DNA of 57,267 nucleotides, filler included, from Jimgerdemannia flammicorona (taxonomy: Eukaryota): assembly GCA_003990765.1 (NCBI GenBank). It is 3 parts of 3 records of this genome, joined end to end, with 100 filler letters (N's around TTAATTAATTAA, not from the genome) between each part and the next. Parts side by side here need not be neighbours in the genome. Positions count along the whole stretch, not along the records: positions 19,125 to 38,146 come from RBNJ01002048.1; 2 more parts are not named here. One strand, 5' to 3'. The notes below the pieces were generated by a model, which was not told where the DNA came from, made no database searches, and worked only from the letters and a program-made list of their open reading frames with translations. Position 1 is the first letter of the stretch. Each line of letters starts with the position of its first letter. Made by a program: the position numbers and the translations under genes. This document shows, piece by piece, positions 22,691 to 35,850 of the stretch.

Positions 22691-25600
22691 AACAAGGCCC
22701 CAGCCCAACCTACCATGAGCAAAGAAGAAGAATTCTACAAGAAGATCGAAGATGGATATATACCAAGTGGCCAATGCTCTCATGGCATTGGAATGTACTC
22801 TTCCCGAATGATTGATGATTGTTTCTCTTGTATCAATGAACTGGCTCAAAGAAGAACCAACAGAAGGAAAGCTCCTACAACTGAAATCACCAGCATTGGA
22901 TCAGACAAACTGCTCAACCTTAAGGCTTTTGTCAACGGAGCACCTGTCAAGATTATGATAGACAGTGGTGCCTCAGGCAACTTCATTAATGAAGAGACAG
23001 CCAACAGACTCAAGGTCTTCACCTCCCTAGTACAGCAAACTCAAGCAGTTACTACAGCTGATAGAACCTCACATGTTATTAGCAAAGAAGTCTGCAATCT
23101 ACCCTTCTGAATTGGTGACTACTGAGTACATGTTACCCTCCAAATCATACCACTTTCTGACAATGAAATCATCCTTGGGACTCCATGGTTAAAACAAGAG
23201 AACCCCATGATTGATTAGGTAAACCATTCTCTGACCATCAAGAAAGGACACCACAACTTCAAACTATAAGGCGAAAAGGACCCACTCAACTCTAGGGACC
23301 CTGGACCAAAGATCACCCACATCAACAAGTTACAACTCAAGAAATTGGCCAAGAAATGCCCTCTCTTCACCATCTCCATCCAACCATCCAAAGGAGAACC
23401 CAAGAACTCTGAAGAAGATTTTTCCAAAGTTGACAGCTATGTCAAACTACTACTTTAGAAATTCCAAGACATATTCTCAAAGAAGCTCTCGAAAGACCTA
23501 CCTCCCAAACGAGTAGTAGACCATGCAATCAAGACTATCCCAGATGCCAAACCAGCCTTCAAGTCAATCTACCACATGTCTTCAAGAGAAATTGATGCAC
23601 TCAAGAAGAAAATCAACAAACTTCTGGAACAAGGATTCATCAGACCCAGTGTATCACCCTATGGTGCACCAGTCCTCTTCATTGTCAAGAAAGGAGGAGA
23701 TTTGCGAATGTGCATTAACTACCATAATCTCAATGAACAGACTATCAAGAACTGTTGCCCACTACTGAGGATTGATGAAATATTCAATAGGCTCACCAAC
23801 CCACAATTCATGAGCTCTTTTGACCTGTGAAATGGTTACTGGCAAATTGCCATGAAAGAAGAAGACATCTACAAGACAGCTTTCTGAACTCGCTATGGAC
23901 ACTTCGAGTTCCTAGTTATGCCCTTTGGCTTAACTAATGCTCCAGCAACCTTCCAGACCTTGATGAATACCATTCTGCATCCATACCTGGACAAATATGT
24001 TGTTGTCTACATTGATGACATCCTAGTCTTCAGCAAAACCCTAGAGGAACATCTAGAATACCTTGAACTAGTACTCCTAAAACTCCAAGAAAACTGACTC
24101 TTTGCAAAACTCAACAAATGCGAATTTCTCCTGAAAGAAATTCAATTCCTTGGATACATTGTCACTCCAAATGGAATCAAAGTGGACCCTAGCAAAATCT
24201 CTGCAATCAAGGATTGGCCCAGACCTAAGAAGCTGAAAGACCTCCAGTCATTCCTGGGATTAGCAAACTATTACAGGCGATTTGTGGCCAACTTTGCTAA
24301 AATTGCTACTGCCCTTACCCAAATGACCAAGCACAGTAAGAAACAAGAACAACCCTGGACCATGAAACAAGAGAAAGACTTCAACAATCTTGTAAATTAG
24401 GGACCCGAACAAGATACCACCTTTCAAGCACTGAAAGATGACCTGATAACCACTCCAGTACTTCAAGCAGCGAATTCTGCCCTACCATATGAAGTCACTA
24501 CTGATGCCTCTGACCTAGCCCTTGGAGCAGTGCTCATGCAAGAAGGACACCCTGTGGCCTATCACTCCCACAAGTTCAACGATGCCGAAATCAACTATAC
24601 AACTCATGAGAAGGAAATGCTAGCCATCGTAGACACTCTGATCAAATGGTGACTTTACCTAGAAGGAGCACACTTCACTGTATTGACTGACCACAAGTCA
24701 TTAGTCAACATCAAGACACAGGCTACCCTTTCTCGAAAGCAAGCCAGATGGATGAAAGTCCTCACCAACTTTGACTATGAAATCCAACACCACCCTGGCA
24801 AGGAAAATATTGTTGCCGATGCAATCTCCAGACCACAATCAAAGACGTTATCCAAACTCTGACCTTGGTTACCAACATTATCATAGAACAAATCATTGCA
24901 GCATATATTGATGATAAGGAAGCTCAAGTACTCCAAGAAATCCTGAACAATGATGATACTGACAAGCATACCTGGTACAATCAATACCAACTTAAGGATA
25001 ATACTATCTACTACAAGGACAGATTGTATGTTCCAAACAACTGAGACCTCCGAAGGACTATCCTATTTGAATGTCATGATGCCCCTACAGCTGGACATTT
25101 AGGATTTGATAAATGTTACAAAGTTATCTCCCGAAACTTCTATTGACCCCACATGGCAGATCAGCTCAAAAGCTACATCACTTTCTGTAATGCCTGCTAA
25201 CGAAACAAGTCCTCAACACTAGCAAAACCCGGCTTACTCCACCCTATTCTAGTACTATCCACAAATTGGGAACAAATCTCTATAGACTTCATTGTATAAC
25301 TACCCCAAACCAAGAACGGGAAAGATGTAATTGTTGTCTTTGTGGACTACCTCAGCAAACAAGCCCACTTTGTGCCTACTACCACTACTGCAACAGAACC
25401 AGACATAGCCACACTCTTGTTTGATAACATCTTCTGCTATCATGGTCTTCCTAAGATCATTATTAGTGACTGAGATCCGAAATTCACCAGCTACTTTTGG
25501 AAAGCCCTCCATGCACACCTTGGAACAAAACTTACACTATCCACAGCCTGTCACTCAGAAACTAATGGCCAAACTGAAAGAATGAACCAAACTCTGGAAC

Positions 25601-26762
25601 AAATGCTAAGGAACTATGTTTCCTACAGACAAGATGACTGGCATGAACACCTTACTGCAGTTGAGTTTGTCTACAACAATAGCAAGCAAGCCTCTCTTGG
25701 AATGACCCCATTCTTCATCAACACTGGACAAAATCCAAACACTCCTTTGACACTTATTTGAACCACTGAAGAACCCTCCACAGTCGAAGCTGTTGAAGAA
25801 TTCTTACTTCGAATGTACAATTTAAGCCAGATTGCCATCGAGAATTTATCGTGAGCTTAAGAACAACAATCACAGTATGTTAACCAACACCATTGAGAAG
25901 AAACTTTTGATATTGGAGAAAAAGTCCTACTAGACATCAGAGGATACTGAGTTGACAGCCTCAAGCATAGACCATCTACAAAGCTGAACAGCAAGTTCAT
26001 TGGACCATTTGAAGTCATTACACAAGTCTCTCCAACCTCCTACAAACTGGCGCTACCAGACACCATTAAGATTCACCCAGTCTTTAATATTCAATGTCTC
26101 AAGTGATACAATGAGAATAATGACGAGCTATTTCCAAACCGGACCACCAAACCACCTGCACCTGTCATTATTAATGACCAAGAAGAGTATGAAGTTGAAC
26201 AAATCCTCAATAAACATGGCAACAAGAACCATCCCGAGTACCTTGTCAAATGGAAAGGTTACCCAATCCATGATGCAACCTGGGAACCCAAGACCAATCT
26301 TCAGAATGCTACTGACCTAGTTCAGGAATATGATTCCTTGAACAACTAGAACCAAGTACTCTGTACCTATCCATACATACTATATATTACCCTCCTGAAC
26401 ATTATAACTATCACAAATCAAATCAAGAACTTAGTAAAACAAGACAAGAATACTGATCCTCTGGAAAAAAAGCAAAACTGAAAGTAAGCCTATTTTCCCC
26501 ATATCACTGGTGGGAAATGAGGCATAGATATTTAAGAAGATTCCTTAGAGGAAATTCTCCAGCAGTGAATGACATCAGAATCACTTCTGGCGCACGGTAT
26601 TGAATACATGAGGCTTTAACATGTGAATCCAACACATTAGGCAACTGTATTATGAGCATGCTACTTTTTGAAAAAAATGGACTTCACTGAACTTTTAATC
26701 TCCCGAATGGTATAACAATACTAGAACAAAATTAGAAGGCCCCAATGAGGATGTCGAAAGCT

Positions 26763-26776
26763 AAGAAGGGGAGAGT
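26763..26776 (+). promoter_or_regulatory. Polypurine tract
   Basis: AAGAAGGGGAGAGT immediately before the LTR start TGTAAG. Confidence 0.85.
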
Positions 26777-27297
26777 TGTAAGCGTACAACCTCCAAGCCA
26801 CTGAAATTACACGTCACCCTCTAACAAAGCCACTGAAATTACATGCAACCTCTAAACAAATCTGGAAATCACCTGCTTGATCATGAAGCTGAGTCAAACT
26901 GAAGTCATAGCACACAAAGCTGAGTCAATACAAAGTCACAGAATACAAGATCTATATAAATGGAATCTTACCAATTAGGACCAAATGCATATATACCGAG
27001 CACCGAGACATGTCAAAACAGAGAACCAAAACAAACAACAACCATAACTTCCAAACACACAAACATGACCACTGAGATCTACAACTGTATCTGCGCTGAC
27101 ATTTGGAATGCCATTGTCAACCGAGCTACACCCCCTCTACCCCTCATGAATATCCATAGCCTGGCACCCCTCTACTTTGTGGAAGCCTGATAGAACACCC
27201 TGAACATGCTTAGCGAGGCCTACTGAATCGGACAAATCTCAAGCTACTACCAGATCGGCCACCTCCTGAAAGACATGGTTGAACACCACCACAATAC
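26777..27297 (+). repeat. Partial 3' LTR of copy a, cut by copy b
   Basis: Matches the first ~490 bp of the LTR at 27298. Confidence 0.88.
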
Positions 27298-29330
27298 TGT
27301 AAGCACACAACCTCCAAGCCACTGAAATTACACATGACCTCTGAACAAATCTGGAAATTACCTACTTGATCATGAAGCTGAGTCAAACCGAAGTTACAGT
27401 GTACAAAGCTGAGTCAATATGAAGTCATGGAACACAAGATCTACACAAACGGAACCTTACCAATTAGGACCAAATGCATATATACCGAGCACCAAGATGC
27501 GTCGAATCAGAGAACCAAAACAAATAATAACCACAACTTCCAAACACACAAACATGACCACTGAGATCTACAACCATATCCGCGCTGACATTTGGAATGC
27601 CATTATCAACCGAGCCACACCCCCTCTGCCCCTCATGAATATCCATAGCCTAGCACCCCTCTACTTCGTGGAAGCCCGATAGAACACCCTGAATATGCTT
27701 AATGAGGCCCACTGGATCAGACAAATATCAAGCTACTACCAGATCGGCCGCCTCTTGGAAGACATGGTTGAATACCACCACGATACAGATATTACCCAGA
27801 TGTCTCAACACCAGAAGCTCATTGCCTGCAAATATTGAGAACTCTTCTATGAGTATAATACCTTTATTCCCCACCTCTGAGTCACTACCAGCAAAATGGT
27901 TGCTACCCTGTCCTATGGCCAAATCGATGACATGATACAAGAACTCAACCACAAGTATCTTGAATATATCCAGACCACAGACAGAACCTTCCCACATCCT
28001 GATGACCATATCCTACAAATGCCTCAAGTCGGATATGCCATGAAGGATGTCTATGATATAATCCACTTCGATGAAGATGAAGCAGAAGACAATGATCCCT
28101 CTGATGCCAACATGACCTCAAGCCAAGGATCTCTGCCAACTCTGATCACTCTGCCAACCTTGCTGATGAACTTACAACAGTTCATAACTACATATGAGAC
28201 TTATTGGGACAATGACCACTGGCATGAATACCAACCCGCGTTCACCCCTGATTACTTCAATTACAATGAAGAGACCGGAGAACACAACCTGTACCTTCAG
28301 ACAACCCTCGAGATCGAACCAACCACTCCACCACCCGAGTACGAGTGACATAAACCACAGCCGCCAGCATACTATAACCCCGTAACTCATAGTACTATAA
28401 CCTATAGAAGGTATGTAGACAGTGAATCCAATGAAAGCGAAGACAATATACTTATCCTTTATCCACCAACACCTTATCCAGCCTATGAGACAGACGATGC
28501 TATCCTGTGGGATGGAGATGAAGTCCCAATATATTACTACCTCAGCCAACAAGGAGAAGTAATCCACGAACCACTCTTCCTAGATGACTACTTCATCAGA
28601 GATGATGCAATCGATGGTGATGTCATCGAAGACTACCCAGATAGTGCCTAAGATCTATAAATAGTCTAGCAGTCATAGTATAGATAGATTAGCCTTGTAT
28701 GACGTGACTGTGAACTGACTTAGCAGTCAGACGATCTCTTGATATGTCAGATCACACTTATACTACATGACTGCATTCTGACTCAGCAAGGCACTTAGTG
28801 CTACATCCATATTCAGCATAGTCCAGATAGCCCCTCACTAGTATAAATACCGTCTCCCCCAGACCTCAGAATCACAGACTTGAATAATCTGAATACAACT
28901 CCTGAGCACTTCCCTACAATATTCCTTCACACAACTACTCCTAGTATAGCAATATCATGAATAGCAAATAAACCTATTCTATAATCCACAAACCACTCTT
29001 AAGTAAATCCGCTCTCTGTTAGGTCCCACTCCTAACCCTGTCACAAAATTTCCAAATTGGATATTGTCTGCAATGATATGCCAATTCAACTAAGCTGGTC
29101 TTAGTTTCTTGAACTTCCTGAAATATAGAAAATCCTGAACATCCAGAACTAGTCTAGGAAAGGACTTTGGTTGAGATATCAACCCAATCTTGAAATCAAT
29201 AAGCATAGAGGACATACTCCATATGAAATTGATCTTGACCATAAGAAAACGGTCTTCCGGAATATCCAGAATCTCCAGAAAACCCTTCCAGAACTATGTA
29301 ATAATTACCCTAAAAAGTAACCCTCTTACA
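27298..29330 (+). repeat. 5' LTR, 2,033 bp
   Basis: 6-bp terminal inverted repeat; TATAAA near 28842 and AATAAA near 28967. Confidence 0.93.
27554..28651 (+). pseudogene. LTR-encoded accessory ORF, 365 codons, unknown function
   Basis: One frame MTTEIYNH...DYPDSA*; internal stops are TGG/CGA-type transitions; same 1,098-bp length in the 3' LTR. Confidence 0.75.
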
Positions 29331-29333
29331 ACT

Positions 29334-29345
29334 TGGTAGCAGCGG
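29334..29345 (+). promoter_or_regulatory. Primer-binding site (probably tRNA-iMet)
   Basis: TGGTAGCAGCGG directly after the LTR. Confidence 0.72.
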
Positions 29346-31366
29346 TTTACAATCCAATTCCGCTTCAAGATACTTCCTCACCCCGCTACAAACCTCTCTG
29401 AGAATTTCTACAAGTTGGTATAAAGCCCAACCTCTGAACTGAAATTTATCCTAAACTATCTGACAATCTGAAGAGAATTGAACCTGATGTACAAGGACAA
29501 TTTGACCTCCACACCTGCAACAAGTGGGATAAACTTCATTCAAAGAAAGAAGTACTCAAGTTAAACCAGCAAATAGGTGAAACCCTATTTATCGAACTTC
29601 TTGCACTACACCCAGCAAGTCAAGATGAAGAAGGTCTTATTGAAGCCTTCTTTACTCTTCTCAATAAGAGTTTTATCAGCTCCACAAATCTGAGTGACCT
29701 AGGACAACCAGCAGCAGTCTTTCTAGCCTTAGTTCCTCATGAAGCCCAAGCCTCTGTAGCCAAGTGGCTCAACTCTACCGACTTTCACTGCACCAGGACC
29801 AAGACCACCTTATACTACCGATTCCAGAACAGCAAGGCCCACCATATCCTCAAAGAAGAAGCAAGAGAAACCCTTCATCAACTACCTGACCCCGAACCTG
29901 AAGTAGGCCCTGCTACAACCCTACCTGAATCTGAAACCAATACTGAACCTGAACTTGACTTTGAATTAAGTCTGTCTGAAATCAGATATACAACTGATTC
30001 TGTCTACTTTGATGCCGAGCAAATCCAATTACACAGGGACCAAACCGAAGAAGAGGAGGAGTATCTCACTGAATTCGACCCCAGATATACCACTGAAGGA
30101 GACGCACATCCATCAGAACAGAATACACCTACTCAGCAACAAACAGTTATCTATCAAGCCCTCACTCCAGATCCACAACTTCTACTCCAGCAACTTACAC
30201 AAACTCAAAGAACCCCATCACACTCTGCACTAGTACCTCAAGTAGTACCAGTAACACCACTACCAGTAGTCCAACTACCTCTAGCAATCAACATGGCGAA
30301 CCAACAGATTCTTGATCTCACAGCCCAAGTAGCTATAATGGCAGCAACTATCACTGCCTTAGCTGAACAGATCTGACCTACCAAAAATCTGAGCCTATCT
30401 ACCTTCAATGGTACTATACAAGAAGTCCAAAGCTTCATTAGTGTAGTTGACACCAACTTTGAAGCCAATCAATGGACCAATGAGCGAGTTGCTGACCATG
30501 TTCTGACAAACAATCAAGACCACACCCTAGAACAACTCTTTGCTACCACTACAGCCTATGTCCGCTGAGTTGTTACATTCTTCCGAGGACCTGCCGAAGA
30601 ATGGTGGTGAACCCTTCCTGAAAAACCCCTCACATGGGATACCCGACCTGCAGTAGTTGCCCAGAATGCAGCAAACAATGCCCCAGGATACGGAGCCCAT
30701 CCTGCAGCCCCTGGACTCAAACAACTCATGATTGCCTAATACCGCAGCAAAACCATGATCGCTGAATCTTGAGTAAAACTCCGCAACCTCAAATTTGACG
30801 TACATGGCAAAGAAGAATTCGAAACCTTCTGTATAAAACTCGAGTCACTCCTGAACACTGTTGGCCTAGGATACATTGCCAATGATGAAGCACGAAATGG
30901 TATAAGAGCAGACCATTTATTCGATGCCCTGCCTGAATGGCTTACTAGAAAAATCCGAGAACAAGGCCACCCAATTGGTTGTGATCACCAACAATAGTGC
31001 CTGGCAAGAATCAAGACTATGGTCAAGCAAATCCTAACAGCTGGACCAATTCTGCCCCAAAGGCAATTCAACAACATGGAAAAGACTTGGACCAAGAAAG
31101 AAGAACCCAAGTATGAAGCATCCCAAGCTCCCTCCACATCCACCTCTTGGACACCTAGAAATCCTGAACCCACCCAGCCCAGTACCTTCAAGAAACTTAC
31201 GGAAGGCGAAAGGAATGAACTCCGAAGAAGTGGAGCATGTTTCTATTGCCGAAAGACAGGACATATGGCCAGTGCCTGCCCTAACTGAAAACCCCGAACA
31301 GTAACATGAGCAACTGTTACCACTCTTCACCACCTCAACAACCTGACCACCAGAACACTGGACTTT

Positions 31367-31765
31367 GTCAAGTTAAGACAAACTGCTAAGGCCCAAACCA
31401 AAAGAAGTCAAAAAGCAGCCGGATATGACCTGTATGCAGCCGAAGAAGCTACAGTTTCCAACCGAGAAGTCAAACAAGTCTATACAGGAATCAGTATCCA
31501 AATCCCTGAAGGACATGTTGGAAGAATATGCTGTCGCAGCAGCCTAGCACTGAAAGGACTCTCAGTAGAAGGAGGAGTCATTGACGAAGATTACACAGGC
31601 GAAATCATTGTCCTCATTCAAAACCACAGTTGGATACCCTTCAAGATCCCTATTGGTTTCTGCATTGCCCAGATCTTGTTCGAAAAAATTGAGTCAACCC
31701 TGACAGTCAAGGAAGTCCCTGAACTACTACCCACCATCCGAGGATCCAAAGGATTTGGCTCATCA
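31367..31765 (+). CDS. dut: dUTPase domain (open in this copy) within the gypsy polyprotein
   Basis: AAGYDLYA, GRICCRSSLA, GGVIDEDYTGEI, IAQI, RGSKGFGSS: all five trimeric dUTPase motifs. Confidence 0.92.
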
Positions 31766-34700
31766 AACAAGGCCCCAGCCCAACCTACTATGAGCAAAGA
31801 AGAACAATTCTACAAGAAGATAGAAGATGGATATGTACCAAGTGGCTAATGCTCTCATGGTATTGGAATGTACTCTTCCCAAATAATTGATGATTGCTTC
31901 TCTTGTGTCAACGAACTGGCTCAAAGAAGAACCAACAGAAGAAAGGCTCCTACAACTGAAATCACCATAATTGGATCAGACAAACTGCTCACCCTTAAAG
32001 CTTTTGTCAATGGAGCACCTGTCAAGATTATGATAGACAGTGGTGCCTCAGGCAACTTCATCAATAAAGAGACAGCCAATAGACTCAAGGTCTTCACCTC
32101 CCCTGTACAGCAAACTCAAGCAGTTGCTACAGCTAATGGAACCTCACATGTTATTAGCAAAGAAGTCCGCAATCTACCCTTCCGAATTGGCGACTACTAA
32201 GTACATGTTACCCTCCAGATCGTACCACTTCCCGACAATGAAATCATCCTTGGGACTCCATGGTTAAAGCAAGAGAACTTCATGATTGATTGGATAAACC
32301 ATTCTCTGACCATCAAGAAAGGATGCCACAACTTCAAACTATAAGGCGAAAAGGACTCACTCAACTCTAGTGACCCTGGACCAAAGATCACCTACATCAA
32401 CAAGCTACAACTCAAGAAATTGGCCAAGAAATGCCCTCTCTTTGCCATCTCCATCCGACTATCCAAGGGAGAACCTGAGAACTCTGAAGAAGATTTTTCT
32501 AAAGTTGACAGCCATGTCAGACCACTACTCCAGAAATTCTGAGATATATTCCCAAAGAAGCTCCCGAAAGGCCTACTGCCCAAATGAGCAGTAGATCATA
32601 TCATCAAGACTATCCCAGATGCCAAACCAGCCTTCAAGTCAATCTACCACATGTCTCCGAGAGAAATTGATGCACTCAAGAAGGAAATCAACAAACTCCT
32701 AGAATAAGAATTCATCAGACCTAGCGTATCACCCTATGGTGCACCAGTCCTCTTCGTTGTCAAGAAAGAAGGAGACCTACGAATGTGCATTGACTACTGC
32801 GATCTCAATGAACAGACCATCAAGAACTGTTGCCCACTACCAAGGATCGATGAAATATTCGATAGACTTACCAACCCACAATTCATGAGCTCTTTTGATC
32901 TGCGAAATGGTTACTGGCAAATTGCCATGAAAGAAGAAGATATCTACAAGACAGCTTTCCAAACTCGCTATGGATACTTTGAGTTCCTGGTTATGCCCTT
33001 TGGCTTAACTAATGCTCCAGCAACCTTCCAGACACTGATGAATACCATTCTGCATCCATACCTGGGCAAATTCATTGTTGTCTACATTGACGACATCCTA
33101 GTCTTCAGCAAAACTCTGGAGGAACATCTTGAACATCTTGAACTAGTACTACTGAAACTCCGAGAAAACAGACTCTTTGCAAAACTCAGCAAGTGCGAAT
33201 TTCTTCTGAAAGAAATTCAATTCCTTAGACACATTGTCACACCAAATGGAATCAAAGTGAACCCCAGCAAAATCTCTGCAATCAAAGATTGGCCCACACC
33301 CAAGAAGCTGAAAGACCTCCAGTTATTCCTGGGATTAGCAAACTATTACAGGCGATTCGTTGCCAACTTTGCTAAAATCACTACTGCCCTTACCCAAATG
33401 ACCAAGCACAACAAGAAACAAGAACAACCCTGGACCATGAAACAAGAGAAAGACTTCAACAATCTTGTAAATTGGAGACCCGAATAAGATACTGCCTTTC
33501 AAGTACTGAAAGATGCCCTGATAACCACACCAGTACTTCAAGTGGCAAATCCTGCCCTACCATATAAAGTCACTACCGATGCCTCTGACCTAGCTCTTGG
33601 AGCAGTGCTCATGCAAGAAGGACACCCTGTGGCCTATCACTCCCGCAAATTCAACAATGCCGAAATCAACTACGCAACTCACGAGAAGGAAATGCTAGCC
33701 ATTGTAGACACTCTGATCAAATGGCGACCATATCTAGAAGGAGCATACTTCACTGTATTGACTGACCACAAGTCATTAGTCAACATCAAGACACAGGCTA
33801 CTCTTTCTTGAAAGCAAGCCAGATGGATGAAAGTTCTCACCAATTTTGACTATGAAATCCAGTACCACCCTGGCAAAGAAAACATTGTTGCTGATACAAT
33901 CTCCAGACCACCCATTGAAGAAGTCATCCAAACTCTCACTTTGGTTACAAACTCCATCATGGAACAAATCATCGCAGCATGTGTTGATGATAAAGAAGCT
34001 CAAGCACTCCGAGAAATCCTGAACAATGATGATACTGACAAGCATACCTGGTACAATCAATACCAACTCAAGGACAAAGCTATCTACTACAAGAACAGAC
34101 TGTATGTCCCAAATAACTGAGACCTCCGAAGGACTATCCTATTCGAATGTCATGATACCCCTACAGCTGAACATTTAGGATTTGATAAATACTACAAAGT
34201 TATCTCCCGAAACTTCTATTGGCCCTGCATGGCAGATCAGCTCAAAACCTACATCACTTCCTGTGATGCCTGCCAATGAAACAAGTCCTCAACATTAGCA
34301 AAACCTGGCTTACTCCACCCTATCCCAGTACCATCTGCAAATTGGGAATAAATCTCTATGGACTTCATTGTACAACTACCCCAAACCAAGAATGGAAAAG
34401 ATACAATTGTTATCTTTGTGGACTATCTCAGCAAACAAGCCCACTTTGTGCCTACTACCACTACTGCAACAGCACCAGACATAGCCACACTCTTGTTTGA
34501 CAACATCTTCCGCCATCATGGTCTTCCTAAGATCATTATTAGTGACCGAGATCCGAAGTTCACCAGCCATTTTTGGAAAGCCCTCTATGCATACCTTGGA
34601 ACAAAACTTGCACTATCCACAGCCTTTCACCCTGAAACTGATGGCCAAACCAAAAGAATGAACCAAACTCTAGAACAAATGCTAAGGAACTATGTCTCCT

Positions 34701-35850
34701 ACAGACAAGATGATTGGTATGAACATCTCACTGCAGTCGAGTTTGCCTATAACAACAGTAAGCAAGTCTCTCTGGGAATGACCCCATTCTTCGCCAACAC
34801 TAGACAAAATCCAAACACCCCTTTGACACTTGTCCAAACCACTGAAGAACCCTCTACAGTCGAAGCTGTTGAAGAATTCCTACTCCGAATGCGCAATCTA
34901 AGCCAGATCACAATTGAGAATTTATCACAAGCTCAAGAACAACAGTCACAGTATGTTAACCAACACTGCTGAGAAGAAACTTTTGATATTGGAGAAAAAG
35001 TCCTACTGGACATCAGAGGATACTGAGTTGACAACCTCAAGCACAGACCATCTACAAAGCTAAACAGCAAGTTCATTGGACCATTTGAAGTTATTACACG
35101 AGTCTCTCCAACCTCCTACAAACTGGCGCTACCAGACACCATTAAGATTCACCCAGTCTTTAATGTTTAATGTCTCAAGCAATACAATAACAATAATGAT
35201 GAGCTATTTCCAAACCGAACCACCAAACCACCTGCACCTATCATCATTAATGACCAAGAAGAATATGAAGTTGAATAAATCCTCAACAAACGTGGTAACA
35301 AGAACCTTCACAAGTACCTTGTCAAATGGAAAGGTTACTCGATCTACGATGCAACCTGGGAACCCAAGACCAATCTCCAGAATGCTACTGACCTAGTTCA
35401 GGAATATGATTTCTTGAACAACTAGAACCAAATACTCTGCACCTATCTATATATACTATATATTACCCTCCTGAATATTATAACTATCATGAACCAAGTC
35501 AAGAACTCAGCAAAACAAGACAAGAATACTGAATCCCTGGAAAAATAGCAAAACTGAAAGCAAGCCTATTCTCCCTGTACCACTGATGGGAAACAAGGCG
35601 TAGACATTTAAGAAGATTTCTTAGAGGAAATTCTCCAGCAGTGAATGATATCAGAATCACTTCTGGCACACGGCATTAAACACATGACCCTTTAATGTGT
35701 GAATCCAATGCGTTAGGCAACTGTACTATGAGCATGCCACTTTCTGAGAAAATGGACCTTACCAGACTTTTGACCTTCCAAATGGTGTAACAACACTAGA
35801 ACAAATTAAAAGGCCCCAATGAGGACATTGAAAGCTAAGAAGGGGAGAGT

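Larger units (their letters stand above)
20096..26349 (+). pseudogene. gag-pol: Gag-dUTPase-PR-RT-RNaseH-IN-chromodomain polyprotein, degraded
   Basis: CFYCRKIEHMASAC knuckle, IDSGAS protease, YIDD, TDAS, integrase, YEVEQIL..YLVKWKGY..DATWEP chromodomain; one frame until a frameshift near 24835. Confidence 0.92.
19378..27297 (+). mobile_element. Ty3/gypsy chromovirus family 1, copy a
   Basis: Partial 5' LTR 19378-20255 ending CTTACA, PBS, gag-dUT-pol, PPT, partial 3' LTR 26777-27297. Confidence 0.93.
29171..35425 (+). pseudogene. gag-pol: Gag-dUTPase-PR-RT-RNaseH-IN-chromodomain polyprotein, single frame with stops
   Basis: ORFs 31019, 31868, 32783, 33542, 33827, 34358 all in one frame; CFYCRKTGHMASAC, DSGA, YIDD, MDFI..SDRD..ETDG, chromodomain. 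Confidence 0.93.

Noticed and set aside
35489..35836. Possible ORF between the pol stop and PPT in family 1
   Set aside because: Many stops shared by both copies and no recognisable motif.
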